This document shows, piece by piece, positions 13,224-25,794 of a DNA stretch of 64,000 nucleotides. The first letter of the stretch is position 1. Each line of letters begins with the position of its first letter. Made by a program: the position numbers and the translations under genes. This stretch comes from Marsupella aquatica. Its lineage: Eukaryota; Plantae; Marchantiophyta. The notes under the pieces are model-generated. The model was not told the origin of the DNA. It did no database searches and worked only from the letters and a program-made list of their open reading frames with translations. Location of the stretch: the NCBI GenBank assembly GCA_973895155.1, contig OZ316891.1, positions 31,069,112-31,133,111 of the forward strand, written 5' to 3'.

Positions 13224-15175
13224 CCCTGGGCCCTCACTCTGTATATATTAAGTGAACCCCCCTGAGAACAGACCCCCCCTTGTACCCCTTCTTAATATTT
13301 TTTTTCCATTAAACTATTCCTTATTAATATAAAAATATTAATTTGTGCTATTAAATTTTACCCTTATGTAACTTATAAAAGGGTCTTTTAGGTAATTGAA
13401 ATTACCCTTGACTTTTTAAAATTATGAATATCATATAAACATGCAAACTACTCAGAAACATATATTATGTGTAATGATGTTATTTTGCATAAGAAACCTG
13501 ATGTGGGTACAAGTTTTATATAGATTAACAAAATTAGCACCAGATAATTATAGTATCGCTGGTTGCTCATAAACATGTACTAATTAAATAGCACATGCTC
13601 TACTACCCTGTAAGAATAATTGCAAGTATACTATTGCATATGCATGCATACTATTGTGTATGCATGACTGTATACTATTGCTAAATTATTCTATTATAAA
13701 CTAAACATGATTCTCAGTCGAGTCTGTAAAGATCTCCCTGACTCAAGTAAAGTTCTGTTTGACTCAAGTAAAGTTCCCCATGATCATGACTAAGCATGAT
13801 GATCACTGTGAAGTCACTAACTCAAATACATTTCTTGGCAGCTTCTTTTGTACCTGATACATCAAACTACACATTAGTAACTGATTTTGGACCATACTCA
13901 TTACACAAGAAAATCACTACTGAGAAATATGAGAGTAATACCATTAGGTCTTCTTTGGCTGAATTGTTACTTAGACATGCTGGGTAATTTCTCTGTTATC
14001 TCTGCAATCAAAAAATTGATTGAAATGTCAAAGGCATTATCAAAACGTCTATTCAAAAGCTTTTCATACCAATTATATACTTAAAAGGTACATGCAATAA
14101 CCAGGCAATAACTATGACAATTGCTTACCATGTTATATAAGATTAAAGAATTTTGTTTCTGGAAAAATTATCAAGAGAAACTGCATCATCTGGATGCAAT
14201 TGAAAAACTCCTGGGCATAGTGGATCCACTATCAAGTGAACTGTTGATATAACACAGTCCAAATTGATAAATTGTGGATCACACACATTGTAGGCAAATT
14301 TATGCCTACTAGTTCCAATTGGAGAAAACCATTGGAACATAATTGTACATGCCTCCTCACCACCAGGCCTATCAAGCAAATCCAATTCACCTATTGCTCT
14401 GTCCTGTTTCCCTCCATATTTTTTGTGTATACTTTGTATTCTGCCTATCCACCACATATATTTTGGTGTTGTATTTGAAGACATTATAACAGTTGCACCT
14501 CTAGGCCTCTTTGGATTTGGAACAAGATCATCTGATCTACTGCCACTTCTCTTTCCTCGTCCTTTTCCTCTCAATGTTCGTGAAATTGCCTCGGAACTTC
14601 TGGTTTCAGGAACATTGTATGTATCATCCTAAAATAATATGCCACAGTCTGAACCTACTGTAACAAACATTGTTTGGGCACCTGCCCTCACATTGGGTTT
14701 GTCCACTAAATTGTTGAAGTAGTGATTTTGCTTTATCCGGGTCAATCTGTCTTTACTTAGGAGAGGGTTGAGAGTCAACTGGCTAACCAAAGTACTTTTG
14801 TAAATGGATCGATTGTAAACACGTCTCCCAAAACCCATTTGCCTCAACTTATGGATCACAAACCCTAAACCAAACTTGCCTTAGCATACCACATAATTAA
14901 ATTATTGATTTAGTACATGGACACATGTACTAATGAGGTGATGACACATGGACCAACCATAGAGTGACTCGTGTCCTAGGCATTTTGGGTAACCTTGCAT
15001 AAAATTCTTGTGACATGTATTTGATAAGAACCTTATTATTAATATTGTGCCAAATGTATATATGGGGATGTTATCTACTTTAAAAATTATTGTAAAAATT
15101 ACTTTGCATTGTATTAAAAATACCCTTGCGTCGTTCGCACGTCCGCCCTGTATTAGTAAGACTGAGGGCCCAGGA
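13224..15175 (-). mobile_element. Non-autonomous TIR DNA transposon with 8-bp TSD
   Basis: Ends ccctgggccctcactct / agactgagggcccagga (15 of 17 complementary); TSD AGGACATC at 13216-13223 and 15176-15183; AT-rich interior. Confidence 0.85.
14143..14859 (-). pseudogene. Probable C-terminal transposase fragment
   Basis: Two ORFs in one frame separated by a single TAG; motifs YKSTLV..LSKDRLTRIK and WWIGRIQ...FQWF; lies inside the TIR element. Confidence 0.5.
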
Positions 15176-15416
15176 AGGACATCATTAGGCAATAAGGGGG
15201 ACTTCAGGTTTGGGCTGGCGGCGGGTCGCTATAGTGTACGATCTACAGTGTGCATACCCTTGGAAGGGCCCCTCCCTTGGGTCCGTATAACGAACTTAAG
15301 GAAGCGGCTACTGACGCACGCTGACTCGGACCGACGGAGTGGCCGGTACACCACAAGCGTGAGCGGTTCAGCCTATGGGCGTCGAGGAGACGTCGGGGAT
15401 CGACAAGCCCTCAAAG

Positions 15417-15423
15417 TATAAAA
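15417..15423 (+). promoter_or_regulatory. TATA box of solo LTR C
   Basis: TATAAAAGGGG followed by a CT-rich leader, ~100 bp upstream of the ORF ATG. Confidence 0.6.
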
Positions 15424-15524
15424 GGGGAGCCAACCCTTTGTAGTGCACCAGTCCATCAGTCCGCGCGCCAGCTTCGACCCCAGCTCTCTCGTTCTCTCTA
15501 GGTCGCCACTACTATCTCCTCTGA

Positions 15525-17473
15525 ATGTTGCACACGATCCTCTCCAGCTCGGCCATTCGATTCTGGACGCAATTCCTATCTACCGGAAGGCACTTGGCCG
15601 ATTCATTGAAACACGCCAACCCGCGCCGATACGAAATCGAACGCGAATACGAGAGAGCCATCCGCCTAGCAGGACGACACCACTACATCCTTAACTTTGA
15701 CTACCCGTCTCAGAGCAAGCTTTACCGACCAGCAGAGGTATCTGGGTACTTCTTCAACGGAGACAAATATATCGGGTTCTGGGAAGCATTGCTTCGGCTT
15801 CCGGACGAGGTCTTCAACATCCCGGGTACAATCGACCTGCAGCGACATCACTTCGACCACATCCTTGCCCAGGTTCGGGCTGTCATTAACGGCGAGTCCA
15901 GTACCAACCGTTCGACAAGGGCGTCCGCACTCACTTCTAAGAACTTCTACCAGCACCTGCAGAGCTTCATGGGAACTCGGCCATCGACCAACATGACCAA
16001 CTCAGCCGTGCCCGTACCCGTACCCGTGCCCATGCAACCCCAGCCTCAACCTCAGGCTCAGCTTCAGCTTCAGCCTCAGCCGCAGCCTAGCCAAACCCCA
16101 CCACCTATCACCCAGCCAGCACAGGTACGCTCTGTCATCAACGCTGTGGATCTTAGCGATGACGACGAGGCTACCCCACCCTTGACCAGGCGGCCCAGAG
16201 GAACAAGCGCTCGGGGGGCCGACACTATATCGTCCCCACCCCCTGCTCTGACCCCAGGAGCGGCCCCAGCAGACAACATGGTGACCGTGGCCGCCCCGGG
16301 CCCGTTACCAACGGCAGTGACACTCCCCAGGCCCGATCGGGAGGATGGGGAAGTATCACCTTCCCCGAGTCAGTCACGGGGAAAGAAGAGGAAGGAATCC
16401 GCCACTGCATCCGGGTTACCGTTGGCCACGGTAGCCGTAGCCAAGGTGACGATGCACCGCATGGGGGAAAATGTTCACAACAACATCCTCCATCCCAAGC
16501 ATGCAGTGTACCTGAAGACTCAGGGATTTGAGCACCTCGCCTCTCTCCCCTAGAACACTTGCAGGTACTATGGGGAGGACATGACAGAATTCGTCAAGAA
16601 TTATGACGACATACGTCAACAGACTCGGCTGTGGGGAAGGAATATGTCCCTCACAGAAGAACGGCTCAAGATGATCTTCGGGTTACCCGAAGGTGACCAT
16701 CGAGTCGAATCACGGGCTCCCGGGGGCAAGGGGGCCAAGTACCAATCTTCATGTTTTCCCTCAGAGAGAGCAGTAGACAACAGGTTTGTGATGAGGACCT
16801 GCCTCATGCCCGAGATAGCTGAGCGGCTGGAGTTCCAAAGGTACGCTCTCCACATGATGGAACCCCGGGGGAGATCTCCGCCGCCCAGGTTATCCAGGTC
16901 GAGAACTATCGACCTAGGAAATGGGCGTCGTACTTCGCTAAGAAATTCCATGAAGAGATGGAGCGGCGAAGGAAGACGCTGTACATTGGCGGGAAGGCTG
17001 AGCTTCTGCAACTACAACCCAAGGTTGCAGCCGCCGATGAGTTGTTAGCAAAGGCGCACGCTCTTACCGCCCTAGCCGAACAGGCCAAAGCTGGGAACGA
17101 GGCCGAGATTACACGACTCCGGAACCAGATTGATAGTTTGAAGAAACAAGCTGTCACCTAGCAGAAAGACCTGGAGGAGGCCGAGGAGCGAGCCCAGCGG
17201 GACACGGCGGAGATAGCCACGCTGCAGGCCGAGATAGCGCGGCTCCAAACCGAGGCCGAGAAGCAGGATCAGCTGGCGGCTAAACTGACGAGCGATGCCC
17301 AGCAGCTGGAGGAGGCATGTCAGGAGGCAGCAGAGGAGACGGACGTGGCGAGGCGAGAGAACGAATCTCTGCTGGACCAGGTCCAGCTCCTCAAAGCGGA
17401 CAATGACAGGCTTCGAAGGCAGCGGGATGGCCGTTCCCATTCGGGCGACTCTGGCAAGCGTGCCAGGCATTAG
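15525..17473 (+). pseudogene. LTR-internal accessory ORF of solo LTR C (~650 codons; N-terminal domain, Pro/Gln linker, conserved core, coiled-coil tail)
   Basis: In-frame stops at 16551 and 17159, frameshift near 16870; homologous to the 7089-9137 ORF. Confidence 0.75.
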
Positions 17474-18326
17474 CGGCGGAGTAGGAATAGATTAGGATTA
17501 GGATTGGCTTAGTCAGGCTCTTGGGACAGGCATCTGCCTTAGGTACAACAGCGCTGCCCTGCTGTCCAGCCTGCGTAGATTAGGATCTTCTAATAAGACA
17601 CAGCCGTTTTCCGGCCTGACTGTCAGCTTAGTTAGAACCTTAGTCAGTGAATCTTTGGCGAGAGGACACCCCGTCCCTCGGCTCTTAGTATTTAGTGCAC
17701 CCCTCGGTAGAGGCAGGGGGGTTTTTAGTTTCAGAGTCAGACATCCGCGGGATATGCGGGGAGTCCCGACCTCTGGGAATGAAAGAGTACCAAGGGGAGG
17801 GGGTAGGACTAAGCTCGCCGGGCGAGTGCGGAGCCAGGCTCCGTTGTAGTGTGCACCCTCGGCCTTGAACCTATTCATTCCAGGGCTGTCGGGTCAACTA
17901 AGTGTACGCATATGTTCTCTTTATAGTAAAATCCTTTCCCATCATTTTCCTTTGTGTAAATCGAGATTGTATGCATGTGTGCGCATATGTGTGTGGGTTT
18001 CTCGTATATGGGTGGCAGCGCCAGGCCGAACGCACTACCCGAGACATGCACAGGGTGCAGCCTGCGGGTAAGTGGTTGCGAGCACGGGTTGGGGACCTGT
18101 ATCATCGAATCCGGATCGAAGGCGGACAGCACGAAGGCTTAGAAGCCCTTAAGCCGGGGTCGATCCTGCTATCAACTAAGGTACGTTCCGGCGGCGGAAC
18201 ACAAACCATACCTAGGAGGTGTCCGTATTTAGCAGTAGGCGCACTTAGCGCTAGTTTACGAGAATAAGGTGCATTACGTGCTTCCCTTCCTGCCCGAACC
18301 GTCGGATTTACGAGGAATGTGCCCGT

Positions 18327-19839
18327 TGTCGTGGGGATTCTTTGTTTAGTAAATTCCTCCTAAGTATAGCTTAGTAGTATAGGATAGTAGTTTAAATTCT
18401 CGCATATGCAGTCTATAGTGTGCATGCTACAGTGCATAACCTACAGTGTGCATGCTACAGTACACGGTCTACAGTATGCATGCTATATTGTTCGATCTAT
18501 AGTGTGCATGCTACAATGCAAGACCTACAGTGTACGATCTACAGTGTGCATGCTACAGTGTACATGCTATAGTGTACAATCTACAGTGTGCATGCTACAG
18601 TGTACGATCTACAGTGTGCATGTTACAGTGTACGATCTACAGTATGCATGCTATAGTGTACGATCTACAGTGTGCATACTACAGTGTACTGTCTACAGTT
18701 GCTCCACTCACGTAACTACAGTACTAGCACACTTACTTGCCTTGGATGTGTGACACATGGCTTCCATCCGTGTGCCATGCTTGATCCGTGTGCTTGAGGT
18801 GTGAGCACTATAAATAAAGAGGAGAGGGGCTCTCTCCCCTCACTCCCCATTTTCCATCAACTAAGTTGTGAAGTCTTAAAAATCCATTGGACTTGATGAT
18901 CTCTTCTATGAATATAACCCTTATGAAGTAGACCCACTCATGCACTCTTGCTTAGAGCTTCAGCTCGGCCAGGGATATTTTGTATGAGTCGGACCTTCAG
19001 AAAGTGTTGTCATTTGATAGGAGATGGTTATTAAGTTCTAAAGAGTTGGAAAGTGCTCAACAATGCCTTGACATCATATGCTCCCTTTTGGGTGAAATCC
19101 TTATGAAGTAGACCCACTCATGCACTCTTGCTTAGAGCTTCGGCTCGGCCAGAGGTATTTTGTATGAGTTGGACCTTCAGATAGTATTTTCATTCAAAAG
19201 AAGATCAACCTATTAAGATAAACATCTATATGTATATACTTAGAGTTAACTCAATGCATGATATTTGTTTGAAATGGATGATCTTTTTGTTGAATGATTC
19301 TATCTCTTGTCATTAGAATGAAAATTAGTTGGATGGAATATTTGATAGTACGATAATGCCCAGACCAGTACCTATTCTTCCTCTCCCTAATCCTTTCCTT
19401 ATTAGAATTCATGTACTCCAAAAGAGATAATGCGCCAGCATATGACTTTTCACTTTGGAGAAGCATTTGCAACTGCGGTATTAAATTCAATAGAGCCAAT
19501 TGTATACCCTTATGTAGTTTACGGGCAAGATTGGGCTTGCACAATTTTTATCTTGTATTGAGATGGATCTCAACAAACCTCCCTCCGATGAGCCTCTCGT
19601 TTCTTTCTCGTTGGGAGATATTCATTTTGTAACTCGACCCAAGGTAGCTGCCAAGGAGGCAATAGTCCGTAGGTATGGAGAAAAGGGTTATGATGTTGTG
19701 CTTTCATCCACGGAACCGTTCCTTGTGGTGTCTGCTACCCAGTCTAGAATAGTAATCATGATCTTAACTTAAGTTCTCTCTTGACACTAGCAGCCATAGG
19801 CCTGGTGCTTCCTCAAGAACCATATTTTTCCCCCAGACA
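18327..19839 (+). repeat. 5' LTR of element D
   Basis: Near-identical to 25795-27332; contains a 14-bp tandem array, TATAAATA near 18809 and an internal ~80-bp duplication (18919 / 19099). Confidence 0.95.
18405..18700. repeat. 14-bp minisatellite in LTR U3 (TACAGTGTGCATGC / TACAGTGTACGATC)
   Basis: Direct inspection; a longer version lies at ~25873-26210 in the 3' LTR. Confidence 0.9.
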
Positions 19840-19842
19840 TAT

Positions 19843-19860
19843 TGGCGACCATACTGGGGA
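19843..19860 (+). promoter_or_regulatory. Primer-binding site of element D (tRNA-Arg-like)
   Basis: TGGCGACCATACTGGGGA 3 nt after the LTR end. Confidence 0.7.
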
Positions 19861-19937
19861 AACTTGAGGCTAGTGTCAAAGATAAAAGGATATTGATGAG
19901 AGAAGAAGCTTGATAGAAAATAGAAGCAAAGGAGAAG

Positions 19938-22255
19938 TTGTTCACAATGGTAGGAGGAACTATGGAAGAGATGACTGAGATGTTTATGAGTTTGATGGAG
20001 GCCAAAGCACGAAGAGAGGCACCTGAGAACCAAAAGAAGGAGGAAGCAAGTCGTATGACCAAGTGCTTACAAGCCTTGTTAGCAAAGTTTGGGCAGTTCG
20101 ACGGGAGAAGAGCAACGCGGTACTTGAAAGAGTATTGGACAGAGGTAGCCATCCACAAGATCAGTGAGAAGGTTGCCATTCATGAATTTGCATCATTGGT
20201 GGAATCAGAATTGAAAGACATCATCACCAAGATTGCGGAAGGAGCCAAAGAGGATTGGAAAACATTTGAAATGAGGGTGAGAGAGGAGTTTCGATTTGAA
20301 GATCCAGATCGAGTTACTGCAGCCACGTTCCTTGGTTGGGTACAAGAGAAAAACAAGAAATTGGGACCTCAAGAATTATTGAGGGAATTCAATAGGCGCT
20401 ACCATCAGCTATCTTCAAAGGATCTAACAATAATCAGTCTCAGAAGAGGGGGTCTTTTGATCCGTGCAGCTGATATACCTTTGAGGGTAGAGTTGGACAA
20501 TGCTCTAGATGTTATTGCTCTAGATGCGGATGAAGTCACTTGGGAACAAGCAGAAGCTGCAATCCACAAGGTGACAAAGCAAAGGAGGAGAAGGGAGGTC
20601 GATCAAGAAGCGGAAGCTCCCATTCTAGACTTGAGAAAAGTCAGAGAAGAAAGCACTACTGATGGAGGAGAAAAAGAAGTCAAAAGCAGCATCACAGAAG
20701 GGGGCGACATAGCATCATTGACAGACATGATAGCAAAGCTTGCTCTTTCAATTCAAGCCTTGGAGAACAAAAACCCTGGTGGAACATCACTAGCAGCCTT
20801 GAATAAAAACTGGAATTGTTTGTGGTGTGATAGCAAGGAGCATCACAGAAGGGATTGTGGAGAACTGACAGAAGCATTGCGACTTTGACATGTCAAAGGG
20901 AAGATTGCATTTGTTGATTCTGGAGAGCCAATACCAATGAATGTGAACCGAGGAGGAATGAAGCAGATTGTGGAACAGAGAATGAGAGAGAAAGTTTCTA
21001 GTGCTGCAGCGATGTATGGTGATCCTTCTGTCTTCAGTCTTCAAGTTAAGAAGGATCTGCCTTCCATAGAGCATCTTGATATTATTGAGAGGAAGAGACT
21101 TGCGGAAAGTATCAGGAGAAAATCCGGTTGGGATGTGCCTGTGTTGATCAACTCTATCACTGCGGAAGTAGGAGCAGCATGGAATGCCGTTGTGGAAGAT
21201 AAGAGGAAGTATGAAGGCACTTCTATGGAAGAAACCCAAAGGAGAGAAAAATAACAGAGACCCGAAGCAGGACCTCGCTTCACACGTCAAGCCAAAGAGA
21301 AAGGAGTAAGATTTGAGGAGCCTGAAGCGTCCACAAGCAAGAGTCAAGAAAAAATCTCCCATGGAAGCTCAATGGATACTGACACCCCAAAGAAAGGTGC
21401 TAAGAAGAGCCCAGGCTATTTGCTTACTAGAGAGGTGGAGCAAACTGTTGATCCAGAAGTGATTGCCGAGAAATTTTGGCAGCAAGAGGCTAGGGGGTTC
21501 ACTAATGGAGAACTTTTTGGAAGTCTTCGTTTAGACTTACAAGGCAAGATCTTGGATAGGGCAAGAAGAAAAAGGGTTTACAAGGAGGGACCTCATGCAC
21601 TAACTGCCAAGATTCTTAGCTATGACTATGAAGATGATCTAGAAGATGAAGAAGAAGAAGAGGCATTGGAGGGAAATGTATTTTGTGCTACCATGAGTCA
21701 CCATGAAGCAACTACAGGTATTCATGGCAATGTAGCCTACATGAGGTGGATTTGCGGGAAACAATCCGACCATATTGGGCAAGAGCTTGCCCGGAGATTG
21801 AGGTGCAATTGCTTGGTGCTGAAGGAGGAATTCGGGCACTCCTAGACTCAGGATCTGATTTGAATCTAATGTCTAAAGAGACATACCAAAAAGGGCATTG
21901 GAAGATTGATTGTGACATCAAATGGAATGTCAATTCAGTGGGCACAAGGGCAAATCCCTTGTGGGGAGCATGTCCCGAGATCATGATCAAACTTGGGAAT
22001 GTGGTAGAAGCTATCAATGTCTTTGTATTTGAAAAACTTCCATATCCTCTTATTCTTGGTGTTCCTTTCATCACAGAATTACGAGTAGAGACCATGGTAC
22101 TTGACGATGGTACTCACATGGCAAAAGTGAAGAGCAAGGATGACTTGAAGAAGATTCAATTTCCCATACTTCGGCCAGGTAGTACAAGAGATCGTCGGGA
22201 ATTAAGAACAGTGGAGGAGTACAGGTCCGATCAGAGTATGAAGGGTTTTGACTAG
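19938..22255 (+). pseudogene. gag-protease of element D
   Basis: FDGRRATRYLKEY gag motif, CLWCDSKEHHRRDC knuckle, LLDSGSDLN protease; several in-frame stops and a frameshift near 21745. Confidence 0.85.
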
Positions 22256-22308
22256 GCGTCCCGCTAAGAGAAACGAGCAGGCAGGACGCCAAGCCTTTAG
22301 TCTCGTCT

Positions 22309-25300
22309 ATGGAGGTTCATTCCTCTTTTGTTGGTGTGAGTAGGACTAGTGAAGTGAGCTATTTTCATAAAGGTGGTGTGAAGAGGCGAGCTCAGAAGAT
22401 GTTGGAAAAGAAAGAAAAAGATTTGTTCACATTAGGAGTGTTGAAGGTTGAAGAGAGAATAGAAGGAGTACTAGAGGAAAGGGGATTACCACCCTCTCTT
22501 CGAGAGATTATTGGAGACATTGAGGAAGAAAATGGAGAAGTGGAGGTGGAAAGGGATGTGTATGGTTACATTGAGTGCTTTGCAAAAGTACACACAAAGT
22601 ACAAAACAGTGGACAAGAAGGTGCGACCTGCAGCAGTTCCCTTGCCATCTGAGGCTAAGGAAATATTGAGGCGAGCAAAGGAGGAGCCAAGTCTTAGAGA
22701 TCGTACTAAGATTGGGCATAAATTCACTGAGGAGACGTTGCTCAAATTAAAGATTGGTGATAAGGGTTTACTAGAGGAAGAGAGAAGAGCCTTCAAGGAG
22801 ATGATCATCAAACATGAAAAGGCCTTTTCCTTTTCCATTGAAGAGATTGGATGTGCTGATCCAAGGGAGATCACACCAATGGTAATCTTCACTGTTCCAC
22901 ATGTTCCTTGGGACCTTAAGCCAATTCCTGTGCCACGAGCACTGATGCCTAAATTGGTGGAGTTACTCAAGGAGAAGTTAGATGCCAAAATCCTTGAGAG
23001 ATCAAACGCTCCGTACTCAAATCGGTGGTTCACGGTGAGAAAGAAGAATGGGAAGCTAAGGTTCATTCAAGACATGCAGCCACCAAACAAGGTCACCATA
23101 AGGAATGTGGGCACAGGACCTGTGGTGGATGAGTTTGCTGAGGAGTTTGTTGGGAGAGCAATCTACTCCATTGGCGACTTATACTCAGGGTATGATCAGT
23201 TTCAGCTTGCCCAAGATAGCAGAGACATTACTGCCATGAGAACGCCACTAGGGTTGTTGAGAATGTGCACCCTTCCTCAAGGTGCAACTAACTCAGTGGC
23301 CCATATACAAAATGCCATGAATAGGATTTTGCAACCGTTTGTTCCAGAGAAGACTAGACCTTTTCTTGATGACATCCCCATAAAAGGGTGTTTGTACAAG
23401 GAGAGGGATCAAACACTTAGAGGAGATGGTCTAAGACAGTTTGTGTGGGAGCACTTACAAGATGTGGGAGCTATTCTACAAAGACTCAAGGAAGTAGGAG
23501 TAACTCTATCTGGAGAGAAGTCAGCTTTTGGGTTACAAGAGATCATGGTAGTAGGGCAAGTTTGTGGCCCTTATGGAAGAAGACCATGTGAAGCAAAAGT
23601 GGATGCCATCAAGGATATGGAGAACTGCATAACTACCTCAGAGGTAAGGAGATTTCTTGGGGCCTGCATCTTCTACAGAATATGGATACCACATTTTGCT
23701 CACATTGTAGAACCTCTCTATGATCTTCTAAGGAAGAATGTGAGGTTTGTATGGAGTGCAGGCCATACAAAGGCTATGCAACAATTGAAAGAAGCTTTGA
23801 CTAGCTCACTGGTATTACGACCTCTGAAGTACAATGGTATTGACCCAATAATTGTGACCATTGACTCAAGTCCTCACGCATCTGGATGGGCAGTTGGGCA
23901 AGATGAGGAAGGACAAAGGTTTGCCGCACGGTTTGGGGCAAAAATATTTACAGAAAGATAGAGGCATTATCCTCAAGTAAAACGAGAGTTGTGGGGTGCA
24001 AAGGTAGCACTTCGCCAAGAAAGAGACTATTTGATAGGAGCAAATGTAATACTGGGTACAGATTGCCTACCCTTGTTGGGAATGATAGCCAATTGTGATA
24101 CTCCAGATATTGCAATGCTTTGATGGATAGCATTCATCAGAATGTTTAATCCTGAGTTAAAGCACATTGCTGGGAGAGATAATCCAGTAGCTGATATGCT
24201 TTCCCGAGCTCGCTATAGGGACGAGGAAGACCAAGGAATGTGCCTTCATAGTACATATGGAGAAGATGAAGGGGAATTGAGGTTTGAAGAGGAAGCTTAT
24301 TCTGGGGAATTGTTACAGATAGGACGTTACCTTGCCACGTTGCAGAAAGATTCAACATGGAGTAAGCAAGACTTCAACAAAATTCGGAAGAAGTCTTACC
24401 AATTCATGGTAAGAGGTGGATCCCTTTGGAAGCATCCAAAGAAGAAGGGGCACATACTTCTAAGGGTCATTGGTAGAGATGAAGAGAAACACAAAATTTT
24501 ACATGACTTACATGATTCCGACGTGGTAGGACATAAGGGGCGAGAAGCTACTTATGAAAGGATTCGAAGACTATATTGGTGGTCAGGAATGTATGTAGAT
24601 GTAAGCAAGTATGTGGAAACTTGCAAAGTGTGTCAACTCTACTCGAAGGTGAAGCATAGAGATGGACTAAAACCCACGTACCCTCTTTCCCTACACTACC
24701 AATGGGCTGTAGATGTGGTACACATGCCGAGAGGAGTAAGAGGAGCCAAGTACCTTGTCTTGGCTATTGAGGACCTCTCCTCTTACATTGAAGGTAGAGC
24801 CTTGACAACAAATAAGACCGAGGCAATATGCAGATTTGTATTGGAGGACATCATTGCAAGGTATGGATGCTTTGATCGCATGAGGGCAGACAGAGGGGAG
24901 CTCAATGCAGAGGAAGCGGTTGCATTTTTCAGGAAGTTTAGGGTGAATCTCAAATTGACAACTGCTTACAATCTTGAAGGTAATGGCAAGAGTGAGAGGG
25001 GACACCAACCAATTGTGAATGCCTTGATTAAGGCATGCAAGGGAAGAACCTCACTTTGGCCAAATTTCCTTCCCCTAGCACTCATGGCACACAGAACAAC
25101 TTGCACATCGGTAACAGGATATGCACCTTCAGAGTTGATCAATGGTCAACTTCCACTTATGCCAATAGAAGAAGACATTAATAGTTGGAGGGCAATAGAG
25201 TGGGAGGATGGTGTATCTCAAGAGGATTTGATTCTTTGTCGCATAGAGCAGTTTGATCACACTCCTACAAAGATCCAAGGCGCCATTAAACAATTGAAGC

Positions 25301-25671
25301 AAAAGAGAATGGCTAACAAATCCCGCTTTGACAAGACCCATCGATTGAGACCCAAGACAATCCAAGAAGAGGATTGGGTCTTAGTTTCTGAAGGCGGACT
25401 CGGACAAGATCACTCCTCGATCAAGAAATTTGCACAACGTTGGAGGGGCCCATTTATAGTAGTTACTACTCACCCAAATTCCACTTACACTCTCCGTGAA
25501 TTGGATGGAGCAATTCATTGTGTGCCTTATGCAGGAAAAAGAGTGAAAATATTCAAAAGGCGAACACATTTTTTAGAGGAAGATCCCATCGATTCAGACC
25601 AAGAAGAGGAAGAAGAAGAAGAAGAAGATGAAGAACCTGAAAAGCAAGAGGAAGAAATATTCATTGAGTAA
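22309..25671 (+). pseudogene. pol (RT-RNaseH-integrase) of element D
   Basis: DLYSGYDQ, LPQGATNS, FLDD; RNaseH IDSS; HHCC zinc finger and D,D(35)E integrase, GPF; in-frame stops at 23959 and 24121. Confidence 0.93.
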
Positions 25672-25794
25672 AGTAAGAGATTAGTAGGGGTGACTATTAA
25701 GTGTGGTGCAGACTACAAGATGCACAAAATTAGTAAGGGTGACTATTAAAGTGTGGTGCAGACCGGAGGCTGCACAGGTTTAGTAGGGGTGATA

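Noticed and set aside
18405-18700. CRISPR-like array suggested by regular short repeats
   Set aside because: Head-to-tail 14-bp units without unique spacers, inside an LTR, no cas genes; the Cys/Tyr-rich ORFs over it are repeat artefacts
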